From assembly GCA_027317845.1 (NCBI GenBank), contig DAHVQK010000031.1, positions 1-58,697 on the forward strand: 58,697 nt of DNA, given 5' to 3'. A model generated the notes under the pieces. The model was not told the DNA's origin. It saw nothing but the letters and a program-made list of their open reading frames with translations, and made no database searches. The translations under genes were made by a program, and so were the position numbers. This DNA is from Gammaproteobacteria bacterium. Its GTDB lineage: Bacteria; Pseudomonadota; Gammaproteobacteria; Steroidobacterales; Steroidobacteraceae. Below are positions 9,257-19,587 of this stretch, piece after piece (position 1 is the first letter of the stretch; each line of letters starts with the position of its first letter).

Positions 9257-9505
9257 ATGGATTTCGATTTCAAGACACTGCTGGTCATTCTGGTTGTGGT
9301 GCTGATCATTTTCGGGGGCAAGAAGCTGCGCAGCATCGGCGACGACCTGGGTCATGCGGTACGAGGCTTCAAGAAGGCCGTGAACGAGGGCGACAAGGAA
9401 GAAGCCGCCCCGCCCCGGCAGCTCCGGTCCGAGGGCACCGACGCCGAGTTTCCCGAGATGCGGAAGAGCGGCGGCCAGACGCCGAAGAACGAGCGGCACG
9501 CCTGA
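9257..9505 (+). CDS. tatA: Twin-arginine translocase subunit TatA
   Basis: N-terminal TM helix plus an amphipathic helix ([25 protein letters not shown]). Confidence 0.9.
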   Translation: MDFDFKTLLVILVVVLIIFGGKKLRSIGDDLGHAVRGFKKAVNEGDKEEAAPPRQLRSEGTDAEFPEMRKSGGQTPKNERHA

Positions 9506-9593
9506 AGGCCCCGTGAGCACGGGCCCGTCCGGCGCGATTCGCCGGCCTGCGAGCGCGCCGGGGCATCGAGCCCGGTGCGGGCTCTGAAGCGAC

Positions 9594-9929
9594 ATGTTCG
9601 ACTTCGGCTTCTCCGAACTCCTGGTGATTCTGGTCCTGGCGCTCATCGTGCTGGGGCCCGAGAAGCTGCCAGGCGTGGTCCGCAAGGTCGGCCGCTGGGT
9701 CGGCCGGGCGCGCGCCATGGCGCGCCAGTTCCAGGAGCAGATCGAGGAGGAAATCGACCTGGAGGATAGCCGCAGCCGCCCGGTCCCGCCTCCCTTGCCG
9801 CCGGATGCCCCGGTGTACACCGAGCCATCGCAACCCGCTGCGCCCTCGCCGGCGACCCCGGACATGCAGGGCCCTGCCGAGACCGCAACGGCCCACCCCC
9901 CGGCGGATACGCATGAGCCAAGAGTCTGA
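9594..9929 (+). CDS. tatB: Twin-arginine translocase subunit TatB
   Basis: [26 protein letters not shown]..., followed by tatC. Confidence 0.85.
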   Translation: MFDFGFSELLVILVLALIVLGPEKLPGVVRKVGRWVGRARAMARQFQEQIEEEIDLEDSRSRPVPPPLPPDAPVYTEPSQPAAPSPATPDMQGPAETATAHPPADTHEPRV

Positions 9930-10683
9930 GAGCCTCGCCGAGGGCTCGCTCATCTCCCATCTGCTCGAGCTGCGGGAACGGCTGATCCGTGCCCTGATCG
10001 TGGTGGGGCTGGCATTCGCTCCGTGCGCCTTCTACGCCAACGAGCTCTTCACGCTGCTGGCCCGTCCGCTGTTCCAGATGTTGCCCAAGGGCAGTCACCT
10101 CATCGCCACCGGTGTGGCGGCGCCGTTCACCACGCCGTTCAAGCTGGCCTTCTTCATCGCGCTCTTCGGCGCCATGCCGTACGTGCTCTACCAGGTCTGG
10201 GCCTTCGTGGCGCCGGGCCTGTATCGGCACGAGAAACGCTTCGCGCTTCCCTTGCTGGTCTCCTCGATCGTCCTGTTCTACGCGGGAATGGCGTTCGCGT
10301 ACTTCGCAGTGTTCCCCGCGATGTTCCATTTCTTTGCCGCCACGACGCCGAAGGATGTGGCGATGATGACCGATATCAGCCAGTACCTGGATTTCGTGCT
10401 GGTGATGTTCCTCGCGTTCGGCGCGGCCTTCGAGCTGCCCGTGGCGGTGGTGCTGCTGGTGCTGTTGAATCTGGTGAAGCTCGAGAAACTCAAGGCCATC
10501 CGCGGGTATGTGCTGCTCGGGGTGTTCATCGTGGCTGCCTTCATCACGCCGCCGGATGCGGTATCGCAATCCATGATGGCCGTGCCGATGTACTTCCTCT
10601 ACGAAGGCGGCGTGCTCATGGCGAGCGTCCTGATGCGTATCAAGCGCGATGCGGCCGATGAGGAGGGGGCCGCGACGTCCTGA
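9913..10683 (+). CDS. tatC: Twin-arginine translocase subunit TatC
   Basis: Six-TM TatC pattern starting at the internal ATG 9913 (MSQESE...[14 protein letters not shown]). The upstream part of ORF 9805.. is Arg/Pro-rich and overlaps tatB. Confidence 0.9.
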   Translation: MSQESESLAEGSLISHLLELRERLIRALIVVGLAFAPCAFYANELFTLLARPLFQMLPKGSHLIATGVAAPFTTPFKLAFFIALFGAMPYVLYQVWAFVAPGLYRHEKRFALPLLVSSIVLFYAGMAFAYFAVFPAMFHFFAATTPKDVAMMTDISQYLDFVLVMFLAFGAAFELPVAVVLLVLLNLVKLEKLKAIRGYVLLGVFIVAAFITPPDAVSQSMMAVPMYFLYEGGVLMASVLMRIKRDAADEEGAATS

Positions 10684-10718
10684 ATGTCCGGGGAAACCCC
10701 GCGATCCACCTAAAGAGC

Positions 10719-12227
10719 ATGACTCTGGATATGAACTCGACACCGGAAGCCCTGGAAGCGAGCACCCCGACGGCCCAATCGGCCACCCTGTTCGGTCATC
10801 CGCGGGGACTCGCGACGCTGTTCTTCACGGAGATGTGGGAACGGTTCACCTATTACGGGATACAGTCCATCCTGATCCTGTTCATGGTGGCGGCGAGCGG
10901 CCGCGGCGGCCTCGGGTTCGGCGATCAGAGCGCCAACGCCATCGTCGGCCTCTACTTCGGCGGCACCTACCTGCTCTCGCTCCTCGGCGGCTGGGTAGCG
11001 GACCGGCTGATTGGCGGGCGCCTCGCGGTCACCGCGGGCGGCGTGTTGATCACCGCCGGCAACGCCTTGCTCGCCTCGGGCGGCACGCGTCTTTTCTTCC
11101 TGGGGCTGGTCTTCAACGTGCTCGGCGTCGGACTGCTCAAGCCCAATGTGAGCGCGACCGTGGGCGAGCTGTATCCGGTGGGCGGCTCGCAGCGCGACGC
11201 CGGCTTCTCGATTTTCTACATGGGCATCAACATCGGCTCGCTCCTCGGCCCGATATTCGTGCCGATCGTCGCCGAGCGCTACGGCTGGCATGCGGGCTTC
11301 GCCCTGCCCGCCCTCGGCATGCTGTTCGGTGTGGCTCAGTTCCTGGCGACACAGCGCTACCTCGGCCGCGCCGGCGCCACCCCCGTGAACACCCGGCCGC
11401 GCTCCTGGCTCGCCCTGGGCCTCTTCGCGGCCGTGATCGGCGCCGTCACGGCGCTGATGTTGAGCGGTGCCGTGACGGTGAACGCGGTGGCGCTTGACGC
11501 CCGGGTGTCCTGGGCGGTCGGCATTCTGATGGCGGCGTATCTGCTTTACATGGCGCTCTTCGGGGGCCTCGACCGCCAGGAACGCGACCGCGTGTTCGCC
11601 ATGATGGCGCTGTTCACCGCCTCCACCGTCTTCTGGATGGCCTACATGCAGATGTTCGGGTCGTTCACGCTCTTTGCGCAGCGATACACCGATCTGCAGC
11701 TGTTCGGCTGGAGGATGCCGGCCGGCGTCACTCAGACCATCGACCCGATCTTCATCATTTTGCTGGCTCCAGTGTTCGCGGCGCTGTGGGTGCGTCTCGG
11801 GCGGCGCGGCCGGGACCTGTCCTCGCCGGCGAAGTTCGCCTGGGGACTGTTGCTCATGGGCGCGGGCATGTTCGTGATGTACGTGGCGGCGCTGCGTGTC
11901 ATGCACGGCGTGAAGGTGTCGCTGCTGTGGCTCACGGCCAATTATTTCCTGAACGCATGCGGCGAGCTGTGTCTCTCGCCCGTAGGCCTGTCCTCCACGA
12001 CGAAGCTCGCGCCGAAACGCTTCGCCGGCCAGACGATGGGGCTGTGGTTCCTCACCCTGGCACTCGGCAGTTTCCTCGCGGGGCTGCTCTCGGGCGACTA
12101 CAACGCGCATCACCTGGCGACACTCCCCGCGCTGTACCTGAAGCTCTTTCTCTGGAGCACCGCGGGCGGAGTCCTGTTGCTGCTGCTCACCCCCCGGGTG
12201 AGGCGGCTGATGGCCGGCGTGCAGTGA
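10719..12227 (+). CDS. POT/PTR2 family di-/tripeptide:proton symporter
   Basis: FGHPRGLATLFFTEMWERFTYYG signature, multi-TM. Confidence 0.9.
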   Translation: MTLDMNSTPEALEASTPTAQSATLFGHPRGLATLFFTEMWERFTYYGIQSILILFMVAASGRGGLGFGDQSANAIVGLYFGGTYLLSLLGGWVADRLIGGRLAVTAGGVLITAGNALLASGGTRLFFLGLVFNVLGVGLLKPNVSATVGELYPVGGSQRDAGFSIFYMGINIGSLLGPIFVPIVAERYGWHAGFALPALGMLFGVAQFLATQRYLGRAGATPVNTRPRSWLALGLFAAVIGAVTALMLSGAVTVNAVALDARVSWAVGILMAAYLLYMALFGGLDRQERDRVFAMMALFTASTVFWMAYMQMFGSFTLFAQRYTDLQLFGWRMPAGVTQTIDPIFIILLAPVFAALWVRLGRRGRDLSSPAKFAWGLLLMGAGMFVMYVAALRVMHGVKVSLLWLTANYFLNACGELCLSPVGLSSTTKLAPKRFAGQTMGLWFLTLALGSFLAGLLSGDYNAHHLATLPALYLKLFLWSTAGGVLLLLLTPRVRRLMAGVQ

Positions 12228-12415
12228 ACGGCCTCGGCTCCGGCCCTCCAGGGCGGTCAAGGAAAACCCGCCGATGACCGTCCGCTCATAGACGCCCGCG
12301 GCCGGGCTTCGGCGCCCGCGCCGCCGGGCAATGCATCAGAATTAGTTATGGCGCCCCGGCCGGGTGCTTCGCTACTCTGCGCCTTCCGCGGCCGGGCCGC
12401 GCTCGAGCAACGGTC

Positions 12416-13657
12416 GTGAAATTCTTCAAGCGATTCTCCCAGCTGACCGGAGCGCAGCGGCACGCCTATTTCGCGGCCCTCGGCGGCTGGACGCTGGATG
12501 CGTTCGATTTCTTCATTTTCATCGTGGCGCTGAGCTCGATCGGCGCCGACTTCCATGCGCGCGTCTCCGCGGTGGCATTCGGCATCACCCTCACCCTCGC
12601 CCTGCGGCCGGTCGGCGCGCTGGTGTTCGGATGGCTGGCCGAGAAGTACGGGCGCCGCCCGGTGCTGATGCTGAACGTCTTCTCGTTCGCGCTCGTCGAG
12701 TTGGCCTCCGCGTTCGCGCCCAATCTCGCCACGTTGCTCGCGCTGCGCGCCGTGTTCGGCTTCGCCATGGGTGGGGAATGGGGCGTTGGCGCGGCATTGG
12801 CGTTCGAGACGCTGCCGGCCGAGGGCAGGGGATTCTTCTCCGGATTGCTGCAGGAAGGCTACGTCATCGGCTACCTGCTCGCCGCGGCGGTCTCCAGGCT
12901 GTTCTTCGCGGCGGTGGGCTGGCGCGGCATGTTCGTGATCGGCGCGATACCGGCGTTGTTCGTGCTCTACATTCGGCGCGGCGTGGCGGAATCGCCCGTC
13001 TGGCTCGCCGGCCGGCACCGCAAGCGGGCCTCGCCCGGTGAGTTGTGGCGCGCCGTGAGGAACAACCTGCCCATCGTGTTGTACATGATCGTGCTGATGG
13101 CGTTCTTCAACGCCCTCTCGCACGGCTCGCAGGACCTGTACAAGCCGTTCCTGTTGAGGCAGCTGCACCTCGGCGACGCCACGGCCGATGACCTGCTCAT
13201 GATCATGAACGTTGGGGCGCTGCTCGGCGGCATCTTCTTCGGTTCGCTGTCCGAGCACCTCGGGCGGCGCAAAGCGATCGCCGTGGCCGCGGTGCTGGCG
13301 CTTCCCGTCATACCGCTGTGGACCTACGCCCCGAGCGTGCCGTGGCTCGCGCTCGGGGCATTCCTCATGCAGTTCATGGTGCAGGGCGCCTGGGGCATCG
13401 TACCGGCGCATCTGAATGAACTCTCACCGCCCGGGGTGCGGGCCATGCTGCCGGCTTTCGCTTATCAGATCGGCAATTTCGCGGTGGCGTTGCTCGCGCC
13501 CATGCAATCGGGGATCGCCGAGCGGCACGGGAACGACTACGCCTCGATGCTCGCATGGACGCTAGGCATCGTGACCGTCTCGCTCGCCCTCGTGACCCTC
13601 GCCGGCCGGGAGGCCAGGAATGTCGCGATGACCGATTCGAGCGGGGTCCATGATTGA
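12416..13657 (+). CDS. MFS transporter
   Basis: 12-TM MFS organisation with a GTG start. Substrate not assignable. Confidence 0.75.
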   Translation: MKFFKRFSQLTGAQRHAYFAALGGWTLDAFDFFIFIVALSSIGADFHARVSAVAFGITLTLALRPVGALVFGWLAEKYGRRPVLMLNVFSFALVELASAFAPNLATLLALRAVFGFAMGGEWGVGAALAFETLPAEGRGFFSGLLQEGYVIGYLLAAAVSRLFFAAVGWRGMFVIGAIPALFVLYIRRGVAESPVWLAGRHRKRASPGELWRAVRNNLPIVLYMIVLMAFFNALSHGSQDLYKPFLLRQLHLGDATADDLLMIMNVGALLGGIFFGSLSEHLGRRKAIAVAAVLALPVIPLWTYAPSVPWLALGAFLMQFMVQGAWGIVPAHLNELSPPGVRAMLPAFAYQIGNFAVALLAPMQSGIAERHGNDYASMLAWTLGIVTVSLALVTLAGREARNVAMTDSSGVHD

Positions 13658-13672
13658 CGGGCCGGCCGCGGT

Positions 13673-14587
13673 TCAGGTTGCGGGTTTGACGAACCTCAGC
13701 GTGTAATCGTCGGCGTACCCCATGGCTGCGTACTTGCGACGGGCCTCTTGACTCTTGTCCGCGAGCGACGGCGGCAGCATGAACACCGGAATGTCGCGCG
13801 GATCCTTCGCATTCGCGAGGATCTCGGACGTCCCGCCAAGCTGGAAGCCGGCCTTCTCGGCCTCCTGAATCACGAACGCCTGGGGCAGGCGCGCCAACGG
13901 GAAGCACTGGGCGAGCGGCGTGCCGGGCGCGGCGCGATGACCGACGATGCCGAGAACGCCGCCCGGCTTGAGCACGCGAAAGGCGCTGCGCAGGAATTTC
14001 TCGAGAAATACTGGAGTCACCTCGTGGTGCACGTTCGCGAACATCAGATCGTGCATGTTGTTGAACGTGACCACCATGTCGGCCGAGTCCGGCGCCCCGA
14101 GATGCAGATAGCCGGGCAGCTCGAAGGGCTCGAGGCGCACCTTGCCATAGATCGCCGGGTCGGCGGCGAGCTTGTGCTCGTAGGCGAGCGCCGAGCGATG
14201 CGCCCAGCCGCTCGTGCCGGCCACGGGGGCGGTGGCCTCGATCAGTTGACCGTGAGCGCGCAGCAAGGGTGCCAGGATTTCGGTGTACCAGCCGCCGCCC
14301 GGAAGCACTTCCACGACGCGCATGTCGGGCCGGATGCCGAAGAATTCCAGCGTCTGTACGGGGTGCCGATACTTGTCGCGCGCCACGAACGCGGCTGTGC
14401 GCCAGGCGCCATCGACGGCGGCCTGCAGTGCACGCTTCACGGCGGGCGGCGTGGCGGCAGAGGCAGCCTCCGGAGTCACGAGCAAGTCCTGTTGCGTGAT
14501 ATGTTTCCGCGCGGTGGGCGGCGCGGCCGGACAGGCCGCAGGGCAGCTCACGGCGAGTACCGCAGCCAGGGCCGCGACCCTCGGCAT
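13673..14587 (-). CDS. Class I SAM-dependent methyltransferase with an N-terminal signal-like segment
   Basis: Motif I VVEVLPGGGWYTEIL. The internal ATG at 14587 gives MPRVAALAAVLAVSCPAAC... The part of the ORF upstream of it is compositionally non-coding-like. Confidence 0.7.
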   Translation of the reverse strand: MPRVAALAAVLAVSCPAACPAAPPTARKHITQQDLLVTPEAASAATPPAVKRALQAAVDGAWRTAAFVARDKYRHPVQTLEFFGIRPDMRVVEVLPGGGWYTEILAPLLRAHGQLIEATAPVAGTSGWAHRSALAYEHKLAADPAIYGKVRLEPFELPGYLHLGAPDSADMVVTFNNMHDLMFANVHHEVTPVFLEKFLRSAFRVLKPGGVLGIVGHRAAPGTPLAQCFPLARLPQAFVIQEAEKAGFQLGGTSEILANAKDPRDIPVFMLPPSLADKSQEARRKYAAMGYADDYTLRFVKPAT

Positions 14588-14780
14588 GAGCCCCTTGGCT
14601 TTGCGGGGGGAACGGCCGGGAAGGGGTGGACTCGAAACGGTCGGGACGGGCGCGGTCATGGGGCGGTCTCCGGTTCCGAAAGGTACCCACGATAACGCAG
14701 CTCGCCTCCGGCACCAACTGCAGGGGCTGCCGGCTCGACTCCCCGCCTCGACCCGGTCGCGCGGCTTGGCGTCAGCCACC

Positions 14781-15401
14781 TCAATGGTGGACTCGGCGTG
14801 CGTCGGTCAGCATCGGCTTCAGGTACGGCCAGAGCGTATCGAGCACCAGGGGCTCGCCCGCGGCGGTGGGGTGAAGTCCGTCCGACTGCATCAGCCGCGG
14901 CTCGAGAGCCACCTTGTCGAGAAGGAAGGGCACCCGGGGCAGGTGATACGTGCGCGCGAGCTCCGGGTACAGGGCCGCGAACTGCTTCGTGTAGCGTGGC
15001 CCGTAATTCGGCGGAATGAGCATGCCGACCAGGAGCACGCGGGTCCCGGCGGCCTGCGCCATGCGCACGATGGCGGCGAGATTTTTCCCGGCCAGGGTGA
15101 TCGGCAGGCCCCGCAGGCCGTCGTTCGCGCCAAGCTCGAGGATCATGATGGCCGGTCGATGAACCCGCAGCTCGCGGGGCAGCCGTTCGAGGCCGCCGGT
15201 GGTGGTCTCACCGCTGAGGCTGGCGTTGACCAGGGTGTACCGGTACCCTTGACTGCGCAGGCGTTTGGCGAGCAACGCCACCCAACCCTGCTCGGGGCGC
15301 AGGCCATGCGCCGCGCTCAGACTGTCACCGAGCACGAGGATGGTCCGGTTGGTGGCCGCCGCACACTGGAGCGCGATGATCATCCATCCCAGACCCAGCA
15401 C
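14781..15401 (-). CDS. tesA: GDSL/SGNH arylesterase / acyl-CoA thioesterase I-like (TesA-like)
   Basis: LVLGDSLS, GANDG and the DGLHP blocks. Start is GTG 15401 or ATG 15383. The rest of ORF 14781..15872 is an artefact overlapping the divergent ABC gene. Confidence 0.8.
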   Translation of the reverse strand: MLGLGWMIIALQCAAATNRTILVLGDSLSAAHGLRPEQGWVALLAKRLRSQGYRYTLVNASLSGETTTGGLERLPRELRVHRPAIMILELGANDGLRGLPITLAGKNLAAIVRMAQAAGTRVLLVGMLIPPNYGPRYTKQFAALYPELARTYHLPRVPFLLDKVALEPRLMQSDGLHPTAAGEPLVLDTLWPYLKPMLTDARRVHH

Positions 15402-15462
15402 GAAAACCCACGAACGCGAGGAATTCGCCGGCGGGCAGGCGGGTGCCGCGCGGGCACCCGGG

Positions 15463-16131
15463 ATGGTCGGTGGTGTTCTCACGGCGGAGCGCCTCGTAAA
15501 GCGGGTCGAGAGTCCCGAAGGCCCGCTCACTATAGTGCAGGATGTGTCGCTCGACATCGCCCGCGGCGAATCGATGGCGGTGGTCGGCCCTTCGGGGGCC
15601 GGCAAATCGACGCTGCTCGCCTTGCTCGCCGGTCTCGATCTGCCGACCGGCGGACGCGTGCTGCTCGAGGGGCACGATCTCACGGCGCTCGACGAGGATG
15701 GGCGGGCACGGCTGAGGGCGGCGCGCGTCGGCTTCGTGTTCCAGGCCTTCCACCTGATCCCCGCGCTCACGGCGCTCGAGAACGTGATGCTGCCCCTGGA
15801 GCTCGCCAGCCACTCGGGAGCGCGCGATGCGGCGCTCGACACGCTGCGCCGTGTCGGTCTCGCCGACCGCACCGGCCACTACCCGCGCCAACTCTCCGGT
15901 GGCGAGCAGCAGCGTGTCGCCCTGGCCAGGGCCTTCGTCACGCGCCCGGCGGTGCTCTTCGCCGACGAGCCCACGGGCAATCTCGACTCCACCACCGGCG
16001 CTCGCATCGGTCAGCTGCTGTTCGAGTTGAACGCCGACTCTCACACGACACTGGTGCTGGTCACGCACGACCAGGAACTCGCTACGCGCTGCCGGCGCGT
16101 GCTGCGGATGGACGCCGGGCGCATCGTCTGA
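15463..16131 (+). CDS. ABC transporter ATP-binding protein (YbbA/LolD-like)
   Basis: Walker [10 protein letters not shown], signature [14 protein letters not shown], Walker [12 protein letters not shown]. It is divergent from the tesA-like gene, as in the E. coli tesA-ybbA-ybbP arrangement. Confidence 0.85.
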   Translation: MVGGVLTAERLVKRVESPEGPLTIVQDVSLDIARGESMAVVGPSGAGKSTLLALLAGLDLPTGGRVLLEGHDLTALDEDGRARLRAARVGFVFQAFHLIPALTALENVMLPLELASHSGARDAALDTLRRVGLADRTGHYPRQLSGGEQQRVALARAFVTRPAVLFADEPTGNLDSTTGARIGQLLFELNADSHTTLVLVTHDQELATRCRRVLRMDAGRIV

Positions 16132-16133
16132 CC

Positions 16134-18632
16134 ATGCGCTCAATCCGTTTCGCCCTGCGGATGCTCGGCCGGGAATGGCGCTCCGGGGAGCTCGGGGTGT
16201 TGCTGCTCGCGCTGACGATCGCCGTGGCGGCGCTGACGGGGGTGGGCTTCCTGGTGAGCCGGATCAGCGCCGCGGTGGCGATGCGGGCGACGCAGGTGCT
16301 TGCGGCCGACATTCGTGTGGAATCCGCGCGGCCCATCGCGGACGCCGTGTTTGTCCGGGCGGCCAGCATGGGCCTGAGCCGGGCTCACGCCACCGGCATG
16401 CTGAGCGTCGTATTCGACGGCGAGCGAAGTGAGTTGGCGGATCTCTACGCCGTCACTGCGGGCTATCCGCTGCGTGGCAAAGTCCTCGTGGCAACCCACC
16501 TCTTCGCCCAAGGCACGCCGGCCAGCGCCGTTCCGCCTCCCGGGGTGGTGTGGGCCGACTCGAGACTCCTCGCCGCCCTCGGCGGCCACGTGGGCTCGCA
16601 GCTCAGTATCGGGGCCGCGACACTCAGGGTGGGGCGGGTGCTCATCTCACGCCCCGATCAGGGCGGCACGTTCACGAGCCTGGTGCCCAACCTGCTCATG
16701 AACGCCGCGGACCTGCCGCGCACACAGCTCATCCAGCCCGGCAGTCGGGTGCGATACAGCGCACTGTTTTCCGGTGACCCTCGACAGGTCGCGGCCTTCG
16801 AGACCTGGCTCCGGACGCACCTGCGGCCGGGCGAGCAGGTGCGCGATATCGCCGACACCAGCCCGCAGATTGGCGGCGCGGTGAGTCGCGCCGACCGATT
16901 CCTCAGCCTCGCGAGCCTGGTGGCGGTGCTGCTGTGCGCGGCGGCGGTGGCGATGTCGGCACGGCGGTACGTCGCCCGCCATCTGGATCTGGTTGCGCTC
17001 TTGAAGACATTGGGGGCCACACGACGCTTCACTCTGCGGCTGACCACCCTGGAGCTTCTCGCCGTGGCGGCGATCGCCTCGCTCCTCGGCGCCTCGATCG
17101 GCTATTTGGCCCAGGCATGGCTGGTGTATGCGCTGCGGGGCGTGTTGACCCACGGGACCCTTCCCGCGGCGAGCCTGACACCGGTCGCGATGGGCTTGCT
17201 CACCGCGGTGGCGCTGCTCGCCGGCTTCGCGCTCCCACCGCTTTGGCGGCTGTCCCGCACGCCTGCGATACGAGTGCTGCGCCGTGACATCGGGCCACCT
17301 CCGCTCTCGGTGCTGCTCGCATTCGGTCCTTCGGCGGGAGTGATCGCGGCGCTCATCGCGTGGGTGGTCCTCGATGTGCGGCTGTTCCTCGAGTTCACGG
17401 CCGGCCTGGCGGCGTTCCTGGCGCTGCTCTTCGCGGCGGGCATGCTGTTGGTGAGGGCCGCTGCCCGTCTGCGTGGCCACGTGGGTGTGGCCTGGCGCTA
17501 TGGAATTGCCAACCTGGGCCGGCGGCGCATCGACAGTGTGGTGCAGATCGTGGCCTTTGGTGTCGGGATCATGGCGCTGCTGCTCCTGGGGATCATCCGC
17601 AACGACCTGGACGGAGCCTGGCGGGGATCGCTCCCGGCGGACCTGCCGAACTACTTCTTCATCAACATCCCGCCGCAGAGCCGCGATGCCTTCATCGCCT
17701 ATCTGCGCTCGCATGGAGCGCGCACCTCACGCATGCTGCCGATGATCCGGGGGCGCCTGACGGCCATCGACGGGCGGCCGGTCGAGTCCATGCGCTTCCC
17801 GGGGCGCCGGGGCGAGCACTTCGCCACGCGTGAGCAGAACCTTTCCTGGGCCAGCGCCCTCGGCCCCGACAATCGCATCGTCGCGGGCCGGTGGTGGGCG
17901 CCCTCGGAGCGAGGCGCGCCGCTGGTATCGATCGCCACCGAATTCGAGCGCTGGCTCGGCCTGCGTCTGGGGGACGAGCTGACCTTCGACGTCGCCGGGG
18001 ACTCCCTCACAGTGAGGGTTGCGAGTGTCCGCAAGGTTAAATGGGACAGCTTTCAGCCCAATTTCTTCATTGTGTTCGCGCCGGGGCTGCTCGAGAAGGA
18101 GACGGGCACCTATCTGACCAGCGCCTACCTGACACCGGATCAGGCGCGCGCGCTGGCGCAGCTCGCCCGAACCTTCCCCAGTGTGTCCATCTTCGACATC
18201 GACGATCTGCTCAACGATGTCCGGGCGGTGATGGACAAGGCGGTGTTGGCGGTGCAGAGCGTCTTCGTGTTCACGCTGCTCGCGGGATTGACGGTACTCC
18301 TCGCCGCGGTGCAGTCGAGCCGCGACGAGCGGCGTTATGAGGGCGCCATGCTGCGCACCCTCGGCGCGAGCCGCGCCACGGTGCTGCAGGGCGTGCTGGC
18401 GGAGTTCGCGGCGCTCGGCGCGCTGGCGGGCCTGCTCGCGGCGGCAGGGGCATCGGTGGCGGCCTGGTTCCTGACGACCCGTGTGCTCGATCTGCATTAC
18501 GCGTTCAGTCCCGGAGCCTGTGCCATCGGATTCGCCGGTGGGATCGTGCTGGTGGCGGTGAGCGGCTGGCTGGCGACCCGCTCGGTCGTGAATCAGCCAC
18601 CGCTCGGCGCATTGCGGAGGGGACCCGGCTGA
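16134..18632 (+). CDS. FtsX-family ABC transporter permease (YbbP-like, duplicated FtsX domains)
   Basis: The real start is ATG 16134 (MRSIRFALRMLGREWRSGE...), 2 nt after the ATPase stop. The first ~617 codons of ORF 14283..18632 are an in-frame artefact. Confidence 0.85.
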   Translation: MRSIRFALRMLGREWRSGELGVLLLALTIAVAALTGVGFLVSRISAAVAMRATQVLAADIRVESARPIADAVFVRAASMGLSRAHATGMLSVVFDGERSELADLYAVTAGYPLRGKVLVATHLFAQGTPASAVPPPGVVWADSRLLAALGGHVGSQLSIGAATLRVGRVLISRPDQGGTFTSLVPNLLMNAADLPRTQLIQPGSRVRYSALFSGDPRQVAAFETWLRTHLRPGEQVRDIADTSPQIGGAVSRADRFLSLASLVAVLLCAAAVAMSARRYVARHLDLVALLKTLGATRRFTLRLTTLELLAVAAIASLLGASIGYLAQAWLVYALRGVLTHGTLPAASLTPVAMGLLTAVALLAGFALPPLWRLSRTPAIRVLRRDIGPPPLSVLLAFGPSAGVIAALIAWVVLDVRLFLEFTAGLAAFLALLFAAGMLLVRAAARLRGHVGVAWRYGIANLGRRRIDSVVQIVAFGVGIMALLLLGIIRNDLDGAWRGSLPADLPNYFFINIPPQSRDAFIAYLRSHGARTSRMLPMIRGRLTAIDGRPVESMRFPGRRGEHFATREQNLSWASALGPDNRIVAGRWWAPSERGAPLVSIATEFERWLGLRLGDELTFDVAGDSLTVRVASVRKVKWDSFQPNFFIVFAPGLLEKETGTYLTSAYLTPDQARALAQLARTFPSVSIFDIDDLLNDVRAVMDKAVLAVQSVFVFTLLAGLTVLLAAVQSSRDERRYEGAMLRTLGASRATVLQGVLAEFAALGALAGLLAAAGASVAAWFLTTRVLDLHYAFSPGACAIGFAGGIVLVAVSGWLATRSVVNQPPLGALRRGPG

Positions 18633-18726
18633 CGGAAATCGGGGGCCTGCGCGCGATCGAACTCAATCGCGGCTACGCGCCGGGCGGTCCGCTGCGCATC
18701 GGGGGACTCACCGAGGGCATGATGGG

Positions 18727-19566
18727 TTAGCTCGAGGACGCGCCGAGTGCCTCCTCCAGTGCCGCCGTCAGCGGTTTCAAAAAGAACGATGCCTCCGGCA
18801 TGAGCTGTGGCGTGATGCCGTGGCGGTTCAAAGTGTCGGCGACGACCGGACCGACGGCTGCAACCAGGGTGCGCGCCAGCGCGGATCGGACGGTCTCTTC
18901 TGTGGCGACACCGATCAGACGCTCGATCTGGGTGGAGCTGGTGAAGGCGATGGCGTCGACTTCGCCCGAGCGCAGCTGCCCGAGCAGCGCGATCACAGCC
19001 TGATTTTCCGCGGCATCCGCGTAGACGTACGGCGCCACCGTGCACACTTTCGCGCCGGCGCCTTCCAGGAAGGCCACCAGCGGACGATTGGGCTCGGTGC
19101 CGTAGAGCTGCACGCCGATGCGATGGCCGCTCAGGTCATGCGCGCGCAGCGTGGCGAGGAGACCGTCGGTGGTAGCCCGCTCGGCGGCGATGTCCGATGT
19201 CAGTCCCAGCTCACGCAAGACCTTGGCCGGCTTGGGACCTCGGGTGATCCTGCGGACTCGGGACAAGGCGTCGACGAACCCCGCCCGCAGCGGCGGCTCG
19301 TGACGATCGATGCAGGAGAGAATGCGCCGCAGACCCTCTCCCGTGAGCAGGATCAGGTCATCGAAGCCACCCCCTGCGAGTTGCCGGCTCCAGTGGAGCA
19401 CGGGGCCGGGGTCGGGCGCGTCGTGGATCGCCACCATGGGACAGCGCAACACTCGCGCCCCGCGCCGCTCCAGGAGCCCGGCGAACACTTCGACCTCCCG
19501 GGTCTCGGGGACGGCGATGGTGCGGCCGGCGAGGGGCTGAGTGCGCATGGGTGAGATATTACCCAC
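18727..19566 (-). CDS. Uroporphyrinogen-III synthase (HemD/HEM4) family protein
   Basis: Two-lobe HemD-like pattern (GRTIAVPETRE..., DAIAFTSSTQIERL). Confidence 0.65.
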   Translation of the reverse strand: MGNISPMRTQPLAGRTIAVPETREVEVFAGLLERRGARVLRCPMVAIHDAPDPGPVLHWSRQLAGGGFDDLILLTGEGLRRILSCIDRHEPPLRAGFVDALSRVRRITRGPKPAKVLRELGLTSDIAAERATTDGLLATLRAHDLSGHRIGVQLYGTEPNRPLVAFLEGAGAKVCTVAPYVYADAAENQAVIALLGQLRSGEVDAIAFTSSTQIERLIGVATEETVRSALARTLVAAVGPVVADTLNRHGITPQLMPEASFFLKPLTAALEEALGASSS

Positions 19567-19587
19567 CGGACAGGCGTCCGGATCGCC

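Noticed and set aside
14283-16133. First ~617 codons of the 1449-aa plus-strand ORF 14283..18632
   Set aside because: This part runs antisense to the methyltransferase and tesA-like genes and in an alternate frame through the ABC ATPase. Only the segment from ATG 16134 has FtsX-permease character.
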